DNA of 54,598 bases, counting the filler, from Bipalium vagum (taxonomy: Eukaryota): NCBI GenBank assembly GCA_037834085.1. It is 3 parts of 3 records of this genome, joined end to end, with 100 filler letters (N's around TTAATTAATTAA, not from the genome) between each part and the next. Parts side by side here need not be neighbours in the genome. Positions count along the whole stretch, not along the records: positions 35,861 to 54,598 come from JBBMKC010020653.1; 2 more parts are not named here. One strand, given 5' to 3'. This document shows positions 38,901 to 51,243 of the stretch, piece by piece (positions within the stretch are counted from its first letter, which is position 1; every line of letters begins with the position of its first letter). The position numbers and the translations under genes are program-made. The notes beneath the pieces were generated by a model. It saw only the letters and a list, made by a program, of their open reading frames with translations, was not told the origin of the DNA and searched no databases.

Positions 38901-39815
38901 CAGAGGAGCGGAGGCGCTGGAGCTGCGCGCAACTGCCACCATGGTCGTCATTAGGGTCTGGTAGAAAGAGTCGAAGACAAATTTCTCGGATCAAAATCGA
39001 ATTAAATTTTAAAACGTCTCCAATGAATTTGAAATTTATGAATCGCTAATGAGTTACGATTCTCGGCAATGTCAGACCTGTCTGGGCGCAGAACCGAGTG
39101 CTGTCTTGTCGGACTGCGCGCCCCATCTCTTCCGCAATTAGCGAGCGCATCATGCCGGGGGAGGTTGGCAGCCGAGGCAGCTGAGGCGGTCGGGCAGGCA
39201 GAGGTGTAGCCAGCAGCGGAGGGAGTACCACTAACAGCAGCAGCAGCCTCGACAGCCTCAGCTGCAGCGGCCTCACCAACCTCAACATCGGACGAGCAGC
39301 GAGGGTCGCAGGGGAAAATCGACTTCTTTAATGAGCAAGTAAATATGTCCGTCGCTATAATGGTCAATAAATAAATTATATTTAAATTGAGCGGGCCTCT
39401 CATTACGGTCTTAATGAATAGCTCTAATTCCGTCCTTGCCAGCGATCAGCTGCATTATTTATGGCTCGTTTTGTTACTTTCAGCTGCGGCGCTCTCAAAC
39501 GGCCGGGCAAGATTTATAGGTTCGGGTCGCCTCGCTCATTTCACTGGCCGTCTCACCAGGACCTGGCAGGCTGCTCGCCGGGCTGAGACCATCCATCTGA
39601 GCTGCCTCTGTTCCCGTTTTGTTTACCTGTCATGTTCGGCAGTTTTATGGGCTCTGGCCACATCCGCAAGGCTCGCTTCAGTGGTGGCCAACGACCACGC
39701 TCAGCCAAGCCAGTTTCACTCTCCTTCGTTTTGTTTTCGTTTGCCTTTGCTTTCGGGCCCCTCCAACTAATTTATGATAACTGTCAGCTGAGTTCTGCTC
39801 GTTTCAGCTGACTTT
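35933..39815. other. Apparently non-coding mosaic of GC/CpG-rich islands (about 35933-36660, 38760-39815), an intermediate zone (about 37760-38670) and an almost pure A/T core (about 36710-37760)
   Basis: Strong composition shifts; purine/pyrimidine pattern of the GC parts matches AT-rich low-complexity DNA; no recognisable protein motif. Confidence 0.7.
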
Positions 39816-39836
39816 GTTTTGTTTTTCTCATAATTT

Positions 39837-39859
39837 TATTATTATTATTATTATTATTC

Positions 39860-39902
<43 letters not shown>

Positions 39903-39912
39903 CATTATTATT
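39837..39912. repeat. (ATT)n microsatellite
   Basis: Direct reading. Confidence 0.95.
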
Positions 39913-42634
39913 TTTTTTATTAAATATTTAACTCGAAAAATTATTTTTTTTAGTTCCAATAGAATTTTTATTTATTTTATAACAAATCTATTGTCATTTT
40001 CATTAATATTGATTTTTTTATTTATTATTCTAATATTTAAGATAAAATCAATTTTTTATTGATTAAAAAATGTTTCACGCTTCAATTGATTTTAATTTAA
40101 ATGGATAAAATATTCGAAATATAGTATGTCTAAAAAATTATCTCCGTGAGACGGAAATAACAATATAATTAGATTTATTTCATAGGGGAAAATATGTCTG
40201 AAATTGATTTAATAATAAATAAATTTTGAAGAACAGTAAAATATATTTCTTTCGTTTAATTTAATGTGACTTAAATTTATTATGAATTTTTGCACAAAAA
40301 TATGATTTCGGTTAGGATGATGTAATTCATTTCTTTAAAATTTATATTCTTTGTATGTCAATATTAAAAAAGTAAAATATTTCTGAACTTTGTGGATTTG
40401 CAAAAACTTTATTTTATTATCAAATCTATTTTTGTTGAAAATTATATTTTAGGGTCATTAAATACGGACTACACTTCCTTAATGTGTAATAACAACAAAA
40501 AAGTTAGATATAAATATTATTTATTTGTTGTATTACACATCATCTAAGCATTTTCATTAATAAACACAATAGATACAGTTAAACAAAAATATATAGTTCT
40601 CATTTAATGACTCTATATAATGGAATTTTCCAGATTTTAACATTTTAAAAGTTCATGTTAATGATATGAAATATAAGTGAACATTGGAAATCCTATGCTG
40701 TTATTATTAAAACCTTTTCTACTTTTTTACTATGAGATGAAAAAATTTCGACCTAAAAAAATATGCTGCGAACCTATAAGTAAGTCCAAACACATTTTGA
40801 TAAAAGTTTGGATGATTCTAAAATTATATCTTTGATTTACCTTCTTCAATATGCGCAAACGAACAAACTGACATTTCTAAAGAATGTTAGCGTTAGTATA
40901 CATTTTAAACTCTTATTTTATATTTTTCTTATTATTAGTATCATTAATTATTATTTTTTAATTAATTTCTTTTTTTATTATTATTATATCATCTATAATT
41001 TTATTAAACAATGGATTTAAGGCAATCTAATTAAATAATTTTTAGTTATTTTCTAACATTATTATTTAAATTATATTATTTATTTAGAATTAAAAAAATG
41101 AAAATTACAAAATTAAATTAAAATAAAATTCTTCTTTTATTACTTTTAGTACTTCTTTTAGTACTTTTATTTTACTGTTCTAAAATAATTATTATTTTTA
41201 ATAACTTTCGATATAATACGTTTCTTCAAATAGAAAACTTTTAATTAACCACCTTGCATGAGATAATTTAATTAATAAAATAATTAAGGAATACTATGGT
41301 TTTCTTTTGAAAATTAGTTGATAATTTAGGTAAATTTCAACAAATTATCAACCGTAATATAATATTAACAATCAGACCATGATTATTTCAGTACTTTTGT
41401 ATTCAAAAAATTAATTAAAAAAATTAATACTTATAATTCTACTGCTATATAAGTGTTTTTTAATATTATAATAATATAGAATAATAACAATAATAAGTCA
41501 TTGATTAAACTAAGCAATCGGTGTGGAAATGATTTGAAAAGTTCCAACATACAGATTTTCGACTTATTTCATATTAAATATTAATATATTAAAATCACTT
41601 TATAAATGATTATCATGCGATTATTAATAATAAGGAATCTTGAAAAATAGTATAATTTTAAAATGGCAGCTCACAAATACAACCAGTAAATGAAAAAAAC
41701 ACATAAATTACCTAATTATGTTAATTTGTATTAATTAGCTAATTAAATTAGTTATATTTTTATGAAAATATCAATAGAAGTATCATAGAAGTATATTATC
41801 AAATAACTAAAACCGTATAATAACTAAAATCAATTAATAAATGAATTTTTGTGATAAAAGTATTAAAGAAAACCTATTAATGTTTACAAAACATTCTGAA
41901 CAATATATTCCACTTAGGTGTGAAGAAAACTTGTAGGAAATCAGTGACAAAAAGTATTAGAAATATACAGTTAACCTGTATAATTCATATTAATCTCTAT
42001 TATTAATTTAATAGATATCTTTGTACAATGTGCCTCAGTAAGGCTATCATAATACTTATTAATATTTATTTATGAAACATTTTAAAATTAACTTTATGCA
42101 GGATGTTTTTTACATTTTTATTATTTTAAAACTAAAATAAAAATTTAAAATATCCATCTTACGTAAATAAATTAATCAATTTTTACTCAACAAACAATTT
42201 AAAATGAGGTTTATAAAATGTTTTTTTTAATTTCATTGAAAATGACAGAAATATTGAAAATTAATTATTGATAAATGATATTTTTTTTTAAAAAAATAAA
42301 TATATATTGATGTCTGGAAATAATTGTTTATTTTTGTTTGAATGCATCCATAACGAAAGGAGAGGGCGGGATGTGTAGATATAGCGTTACTGTCTATTTT
42401 ATCGATTTGATGAATAATGGCGAAAAGTTAATTTATTTTATGACGTGATTTGTGAAATTTATTAAAATTTAATATATATTTTCAAACTAAACCAAATTTT
42501 ATTATCATAATTTTAAATTCAGGTTTCAGTTTTCATAATTTTTTATCAATATTATGAAAAAATTATAAATAATTCCAAATAAACTTACGTGTTCTATAAA
42601 GCTCTTTGACATTCACAATAATATATTAACGATG

Positions 42635-42637
<3 letters not shown>

Positions 42638-42693
<56 letters not shown>
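42638..42693. repeat. (ATT)n microsatellite
   Basis: Direct reading. Confidence 0.95.
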
Positions 42694-42701
<8 letters not shown>

Positions 42702-42977
42702 GTCTATAAATTATAATAAAGCATTTTGATTTAGAAAATAAGTGTCTCGCTTTCAGCGTTAACGTTGTCTAGAAATCTTGGAATTTTCATTTTTTCTTAG
42801 TCACTGTTTATGTCAGATAAATATATGAAAAAGAAAGTTTCATTTTCTGTAAATAAAATGACAAGGAAATTACCATAATTATCATTACACTTATTTCTTG
42901 TATAATCATTTTTGCATAATTTCACAAATGAAAAGCTAGATAACATAGTCTAACCCATCGGCTTCACATATCTTATA

Positions 42978-43676
42978 TTAGATTGTCCAATAAATTCGTG
43001 CCGTTTTGTATATGTGTCTTAAATACTTATTTAAAAGATAATTTCAAATATATTAAAGAACTTATGTTATCTATTCCATTATTTGTATTTTTCTCCCAAT
43101 ATTTTGAGAGAATTTTGATTTCATGCTTGTAGAAATAGGCAAACCATTTTTCTAACCAATCTTTGATTTCATCATCATTATTGAATAAAATACCTTTTAA
43201 AGCATTATGCAGAGTTCAGAACAAATGAAAATCTGACGGGACAAGGTCTGGTGAGTACACCCGTTGCTGAAGGACCTCACATGCAAAATTCGAAGTTCGT
43301 CAAGTTTCCCGTATGAGATCGAGCATTATCATATTGGAAGATGACATCATTTCGTCTTGGAAAATTCTTGGTCTTCCAATTCTTTGTTTATTATTCATAG
43401 TGATATTTTGATTTTTGAATTCTGAAGATCATAAGAATACAATACATATACTAAATATTCTGAAGCTTTGGAACCGAAATTAAATATATAAAAAAGTATG
43501 TACCCGGAGATGTTCAGTTTTATCTATTTAGTACATTATTTAAACTCTGCAAAAAAAGGTTTAGAAAGGGCAATTAATATCCTTTAGATTAAGTCAATAA
43601 TAAGGGATCAATGTAAATTGAAATGATGTATAAATTTGATTTTAATTACACGGCATGAATTTATTGGACCACCTAA
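42978..43676 (-). mobile_element. Internally deleted mariner element (about 700 bp) with both TIRs and TA flanks
   Basis: TTAGATTGTCCAATAAATTCGTGCCGT versus inverted TTAGGTGGTCCAATAAATTCATGCCGT; YSPDLVPSDFHLF motif. Confidence 0.9.
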
Positions 43677-44168
43677 TATTTTAATTTCAAATCCATTGAA
43701 TCTTTGAAAATATTAGGCTTAGTCTCATATAAGCATGAGATTGTTCAACTCTCCTCTTCAATTTTTAGTCTATATATAAATTTTAAAAAATAAATATAAA
43801 GTATTTACTCCTTTTTCTGCAAATAAATGATTAAATAATAAAATTAAATAATTATAAGTTAGTACCTGAGTGGAATGAGAAGTGTTAATGGTATTTTTTT
43901 CTAATAATAATGCAGTGGCGTTAAGATTTTATCTTTTTTTATCGAATGATATTGAAAATCTTTTAAACGTTATTTTAATTCGGTTGTGACTTTTTAGCAT
44001 TCGACCTTTGCAGTCACCGTCCAGGATTATATCACATCTCATGACGATAAAAAATTCATCGAAAAATTGACGGACCATGTTTGTTACTAATTTCAGTTGA
44101 CAGTTCTGTTTTAGTTGATTATAAATTTAAATAAATATCATAATATAATCAGATAAAAATTATTATAA

Positions 44169-44226
<58 letters not shown>
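44169..44226. repeat. (AAT)n microsatellite
   Basis: Direct reading. Confidence 0.95.
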
Positions 44227-44229
<3 letters not shown>

Positions 44230-45342
44230 TATTATTATACTAATAAATAATTAAATTTCAATTAAATTCTCTATAAAATAAACCTTTTTAAAAATTTATT
44301 TGAAAAATTGTGAAAATTTTATTAGTTCTGTAATAATCTTAAGTAAAGTGTTTGTACAAATTTCAAACCTCTAAAAGAAAATCAAATGTTTATCTCATGT
44401 TTTATAAACAAGAATTTTCTATTTCTGAAATAAACTTTAACTAACGATTCAGTGTTAACGTACATCTATTAATTTAAATTAACTAAATAAATAATTTTAA
44501 ATTAATAAATATTTTAAGAGCTAAATTAATTAGTGTTAACAATGAAATATAAATAATAGATTTCGAATAAAAACTTTTCATATTGATATTATAAGAAATG
44601 TTAATTATTAAAATTTTATTAATCATTTTTCCAATCATATTTGTTTAATATGGTTAAATTAAAAATATGGTTTGTTATATTTAGAAAATGTTTTTCCTAA
44701 ATACGTGGATAAATAATTTTTATAAGACTTAATCATTATCTGATATTAATATATTATTAAGGAATTTATTTCTTATATTTCTTTTGAAAAATATAAAAAA
44801 ATTTAATTATTATTGAAAATTGTCTTCATTCTATTACTTACTTAGTGAAAAATTAAAAGATTATCAAATTAAAATGTTTGGATAAATAAATTAATAAATT
44901 TTTAATAAATTATTTTTCAATTTTTTACAAGGGTATTTGTTACTTTTTTGTTCTTAGATAGACCATTGGGCTGTTATCATCACTTTCCGCTCTTATTTTT
45001 GAAAGACTTTTCACAGATTTCTGAATTTAGTAAATTTTAAAGTATTGACTTTTTAAATTAAAAATAATTTAAAGTTAAAATAATCAAAAAAGGTAATGTT
45101 GTAAAACAAAAATATATACTTATTTTTTAATACATTAACGGTTAGTCTTACTCTCTTTTATGTTCTCTAGAAGAATTTGGAATGTTTGTACTTTCTCACA
45201 CGTGTATTCTACCTTCTAAATTTTAATCACTCTTTCGAATATATTAAAAACGACTAAATTCTTAAAGTTTTAAAAATTTTGCTCTGTACCTTTTCTCATT
45301 TCATGTTCACCTTATTTGATTTGGAAATATTTATCCATCCAG

Positions 45343-45522
45343 ATTTTAAATCCAAATTCCTACGAGAACAGATCTGAATATATTCCATCAATTGGTCGAT
45401 TAGTTACCTCCAGTGTTTACGAAAAAGCAATGATTCAAGTAGAATGGCCTGATGGCTCTACCAGAAATGTTCATGCTGACCTTTCTCAATTGTATGAATA
45501 TCAGAAAGTCTTGGGGGAACAG
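45343..45522 (+). CDS. VWA3A: VWA3A internal exon
   Basis: CCAG|ATT...CAG|GTAACT; EWPDGSTRNVHAD...YEYQ resembles VWA3A EWHDGTVKNIHVD...YKYQ. Confidence 0.9.
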
Positions 45523-46851
45523 GTAACTTATTTAAGTTTCTTCAAAATTCTGTTTTTTATCAGTCATGATTTAAACAAAAGTATGAAAAACTTTATATTT
45601 TGAATGTTTATGAAAGAGCATGTTTATCTATTTTTCATTTTACGTTGGAAACTCTCGTTCATTATTGAAAAATAATGAAAATTGTGATTATTATTATTAT
45701 ATTAATTATAATATTATTTAATATATATTATTATAATATATTACTATTATACTTTTTTAAACTCATTAACTATTTTTATGTCTAAAATTTATAACAATTG
45801 AATTCTAATTTACAAAATGGATATTCTAAACTACACGCTTAAACTTTGTCAATATTTAGAGCTAAATTATGTCGATATTTTTCGTAACCGTTTTTACTGG
45901 GAAAAATATTTAATTCCACTTGTTATGTTTATTTATTAATAGAATATGACAATAACAACATTTCTGATCTATCCTATTATTATTTATTTTATTTTTATTT
46001 ATTTATTATTTTTGTTTTATCATTCTTTTAACTCTTATTAATTTGAAAAAATATTTTGAAATTATTCAAAAATGTTAAAAAATTATTCTTTTATATTATT
46101 TGATTTATTTTATTGAATTTATTTTATATTTATATTATTTTACATTTATGCTTTTAAGAATTATTGAAAACATTGAAATTTTAAGAAATCTTGTTTGAAT
46201 ATTCAAAATCCTCAATAATTAGTGAAAAATTAAATCCATCATTTTATACATAAAATTTATTTTAAAAATTAAAGAGACAATCATTTTTATTTGGACTAAA
46301 ATGTTTATTATATGATTAAAAGTTATGAAAATTGTCAAAAAATCTGTGGAAAAAAAATAAAGTCTGCTGTATATACAGATTGTTGTTATCCAAATAAGTG
46401 CATATTAATGTAAAATTTTATGATATGAAACGAGGAAATTAGATAAAATTTATAAAATTATAAAATGAATTAATTTTATTTTAATTTAATGAAATAATAT
46501 TCAAACTATAATTAATATTTCAGAAATTAATTATCTTAAATAAGATCATATTTGATACAAAAGTAATTATTCCCTTAATGGTTTCCAGTGAAATGTAAAA
46601 ATTAATTAATTTTATTTGATATTCAATAATTAATTTTTAAAATTGATTGAACATATTATTCGACATCTTTTGCAAATATATTTTTTTGGATTTGCATTAC
46701 ATTTTGTGCTTGGAAACCTACATGAAATAATATAATCTGATATTATATCAAGAAATTATTTAATTAATAAATTTAATCAGTGTATCTTTATTCCAAACGA
46801 AATAAATATACATAAAAGTAAATCAGTGATTTTGAAAAGGTTGTGGTCTAG

Positions 46852-47177
46852 GTAAAGCTTTTGGAACAAAGAATAAACTGGCTAGTGACGGGAAGTCGCA
46901 GGATTTTCGGAACTATAATCGAAAGAAAAGTGGTGTTCATTGTGGATTTTTCCATATCGAACTTGAAATACCTAGTCCATATTTTGCAGTCCCTTAAGCT
47001 ATTGATACAGCAGCAAATTATATCAAAAGAAAAATTCAATATAATTGCTTTTAGCAGTACGCTATCTGCGTTTAAACCCCATTTAATCGAAGTCAATGAA
47101 AAAAATCTGGAAGATGTCTGGAGATGGCTAAAGAAACTCAGTTGTAGCGGAAGCCGCAATTTTTTAGGAGCTTTAAA
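46852..47177 (+). CDS. VWA3A: VWA3A internal exon (VWA domain)
   Basis: CTAG|GTA...AA|GTAAAT; EQRINWLVTGSRRIFGTIIERKVV, FNIIAF, WRW..GSRN. Confidence 0.92.
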
Positions 47178-48808
47178 GTAAATATTTTAATATTTTGTTT
47201 TCTTATGATATTCAATTTTATTTTTGTTTTTCTGAACTCCTGGTCGTGTTTTCTTCGTTTAAATTATTTACTCTTTTCCTTCGGGTAGTGTATATATTTC
47301 TTTTATTTTAAATATAAATAATAATTTATTTTTAAGCTCAATCACGCTGGATTTCTTCTCTGTCTAAATTCTTAGTCTACTTTTCGAAAATAATTTTATT
47401 TTAATATTATTTTCCAATCTGAATAATTACGTTTATTGACATTTACTTCTATGTCAAAAAAATTTAATTGTACTGACAAGATTCAAAGTAAAGAGTACTT
47501 TTAATATTTTTATTATCTTTATGTAAATATATTGATATAAATATCACTTTTCCTGGCAGATTTTGCTTTATTGATTTCTCTTTTTATCGAAATATTCATT
47601 AATATTATATTTTTATTAGTAGAAAATTTTTAGCGTCATCTCATTTTGTCTGTACATTTTCCAAGTTAAAATGTGTTATGATGGATATCACTGTTCAGAG
47701 ACTCGTTTTAATTAGAATTGGGATTTCATAATTTTACGGAAAACCTTTTTTAATATCAACAACCGATTTACGTCCTTCCAATATTGCAAATTCCATTTAC
47801 TTTCTTCCTTTTATTTTTATTTTCATTCTTTTATTTTTGAAAAAATTTCGAGTAATGTTTAATCATAATTTTAACATTAGCTTACTTTTTGTTGATTTTA
47901 CTTCAGTAAAGATTTAATGAAATATGTTTAATTAATTACTTTTTAAATGTAATTGTTTAAAATTATTTTTGAATTTCAAGAGTTTATTTTTCCTTTATTT
48001 AGGTCACAGATTATTTTTATAAATAAATTATAAATTATTATTTTAGAAAATATCTCTCAGAAATATTTTCCATTTTTAAAAATTTTTCTTATACAATTTA
48101 TCAATATTTATTTAAAATGTTATTTTTTCCTTTTCTCTTTTCTGTGTATTGTTTTTCCAATGTTTTGTTATATCTTGTCTTTGTAAGTGTAATAATTTCT
48201 AAACATTAAATAATATCTTTAATAATTCATCATCTTTTAGATATATTACTGTCCTTATTGATTCAAACTCGTAATAAATGTTTTGTTTATACTCTTTTTT
48301 AATATTTAATAATATTTTACCTTTTTGTTATTTGAAAATTGAGTCTACGGTCTTTTAAATTAATGTTTTTCTTTTTTTAATAGAATGTTACAAAATTTCA
48401 TAGAATAATTACAATATTCAAAGAAGGCCAATATATTTAATATATATTTATAATTAAAATATGCTTGATTTTGTTTAGGATTTGATTCAATTTTGCTTCC
48501 CTATAATAATTTTCTAAGATCTTTAAAGTTTGTCAGAGGCTGTATAAATATGATTATTGTTTTATAAATGAGTTAAAGATTTGTGAACAACGCCCAATAC
48601 TTTATTGGTTAATATTAAGTTTTTATTAAGACTCAGGATATAGATTAAAAGTATTAGATTAATGGAGATCTTTTATAAAATCATCACAAATATTTTGTGA
48701 TAAAATAAACATTACTTATAATTTTGTTTTTTTCAATAATAATCCTAGTATGTTCATTGCAACCAAAACTTATAAGGATGAATTATTTATTTATCTTGTT
48801 TTACTTAG

Positions 48809-49031
48809 ATTTGTGCTTGAAAATCCTGCGGACACTCAGCATAATGATCTACCACATGGAATATATCTGTTCACATCCGGTGTTCCAGATCAGCAAATCG
48901 AACCTCTTCTAGCTTATCTTGAAGAAAGATTACTTGGTACAAGAACTAAGGTCCACACAGTGTTATTTAATGTAGATGACTACGATACTTCTGGTGCTCC
49001 AATCCCTAGTCGCTATGCAAACATTACAAAA
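48809..49031 (+). CDS. VWA3A: VWA3A internal exon
   Basis: TTAG|A TTT...AAA|GTATTA, phase 2/0; GIYLFTSGVPDQ, PSRYA. Confidence 0.92.
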
Positions 49032-49119
49032 GTATTATTTCTTATTGTTCTATGACGATTTTTTAATTTTGCAATTATGATAGAAATATTTTCTTAGTGA
49101 ATTGAGTATTTCAGAAAGT

Positions 49120-49330
49120 AGTCTCATTACTTTACCCCACTGACCTTGCTTGACATCACCATCCATTCTTCAAACACATAAGATCCCTCTGTTCATTTTA
49201 ACTTTTCCAAGTTGTAATTCTGTTCAATATTGAATTACTTTTCATCAGTATACAAAATCGATCTCTATCTTGAAAACTCGAGAAAAATTTAACAAATTCT
49301 TTCACATATATATGGTCATTATATTTTTTA
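49120..49330 (-). mobile_element. DD37D/Tc1-like transposase fragment
   Basis: ILYTDEK*FNIEQNYN. Confidence 0.5.
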
Positions 49331-50539
49331 TCAGATCTTTGAACATTGTTAAAACTAAAATTAACGATAGATCAAATGATTTTTCCAATTTCTTTTTGAA
49401 TTCCCAATAATTATATATCTTAAAAATATTTTTCACCAACTAAAAACCATCATTAACAAATGACCATTATTTTTTCTACATAAAGTACTTATTATGTTTC
49501 TGTAACACTAATTAAAGTAATAATAAAAAGTGACAGTCAAAATCAAAGACATTTAAAATTGTCATCACAAAATATAATCTTTTAAGATCTAAATTATAAT
49601 CTTTCTTTTTATATATTATATATAAATAAAAAGTTTTTCTCATTTAACTTATTTCTTATTACCCAAATAATGAAATTACTAATCTGATTTATTGAGATAA
49701 TCAATCTTTAACTGACATGAGATATTGTCTAGAATTATTACAAATTCTTATATTAAACCGTATATTAAATATAGATATGAGAACAAATTTATTCATCAAA
49801 AAATGTTTTTTTATTTAAATCTCACTTAAATCGAATTTTTCACTCCAAGATTTTCTTATTTTCAATACTTTTTTACCATAATTTTATGTATTTATCATAC
49901 ATATTTATTTATTATTTTATTACATTTTTAATATTTTTTTTCTTTTAAATCTGTTTTTCTTTATCTAGCTCTAAATATAAAACTGAATTGATGTGTTTTA
50001 TTTGAACCATGAATTGTAAATTATTTCATTTATTTTTAATTTAATTAATTATTAACTTAAAATTAAAAATAATTATTATTTTAAAATGAAAATTTTCACA
50101 TTTGCTTGTGGAGATCTTAATAAAATACCTGTTAGTAAATGAAATAGGCTGCTAAATAGGAATCATTCAGGAAAATTGGTAGAAATTGCAATTTATTTCT
50201 TGTTTCAAAGTAATGCACTGTCTAAGCAATGAATAAAAATTAAATTTAGCTCAGTAGGAGAAAACATTCAGCTTACAAGAAATAATTACAACCCAGTATA
50301 ACAGAAAAATATTAATTCTAAGAATAAAGTCTAGTTTAGATTCTTTACAAAAAACATTAAATCCATATAAATTTTGTACTGAAACTCATTTTCCTACTTA
50401 TAAAAATGTTTTGGGTTTATTAATCATAAGTATAAATTTTTATAGTTTATGATTTTTCTTTTAATTTTTTGAACTTATTTTATCTGAGTTGACTAACATA
50501 GTGCATACAGTACATATTTTAACAACTACATTGTAAATT

Positions 50540-50660
50540 TTAATGATTTCGGATTCGACATTATTATTCACCCTCCATACTAACCAGGTCTCTCGCCAAT
50601 AGATTTTTATTTTTCAAGCATCTGGTCAATCTCCTTCTCAACATATAGACAAAAATAATT
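50540..50660 (+). mobile_element. Mariner C-terminal fragment
   Basis: IIHPPY*PGLSPIDFYF. Confidence 0.55.
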
Positions 50661-50689
50661 TGCTAATCTTTACTTTTAAAGAGCCAATA

Positions 50690-51243
50690 GTCTAAAGAGG
50701 CTCATTATTAAAATCTCTTTCGCAAACGCTCCGCACATAATAATCTAAAGGATTAATGTCCGATTCGCTAGGAGGCCACATATCTTTTGGCCAGAACTCA
50801 GGAACATAAGCCCGGAGAAAATCTTGAACCTTCTTGGCGTTAAGTGCAGGTGCACCGTCATGTTGGTATATAAAATGAAGTCCATTGGCCACTTTCTTCA
50901 TCCGTCCCACAATGACTTCAAAACTTCCAAATATACATCACTGTTTATCTTTAAGTCTTAAGAGAAGAAATGTGGATCCATGATATCCCCTTCATTGCTG
51001 ACAACATCCAAGACTATGACTGTAGGCGGAAATTTTGATTTCATCACTATTGGAACATTGGTAATCCTTTGACAGATCCACCTGTTAATTCTTCTGTTTA
51101 CTTTCTGATGGACATGGCTGGTTGATTTGAAAATTATGTATGAAAAATAATTTATGATTATTTTAAAAACGTATGAATTTTTAACTAAAAACACCTGATA
51201 TATTAAAGTTTAAAATTTTTGCTAATTTATCGCAAGCACCCTG
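50690..51243 (-). mobile_element. Internally deleted maT/DD37D element
   Basis: KSKFPPTVIVLDVVSNEGDIMDPHFF; YQHDGAPA...FWPKDMWPPSESDINPLDYY; terminus ...GCACCCTG|TA. Confidence 0.85.

Noticed and set aside
39002-39770. Ala/Leu-rich ORFs in the GC island (39002-39403, 39046-39288, 39387-39770), also 35949-36252
   Set aside because: They overlap on both strands with no domain motifs or splice support; stop-poor frames are expected in GC-rich DNA.
39814-40062. Poly-Ile ORFs (also 35813-36019)
   Set aside because: Translation of (ATT)n microsatellite and N-gap.
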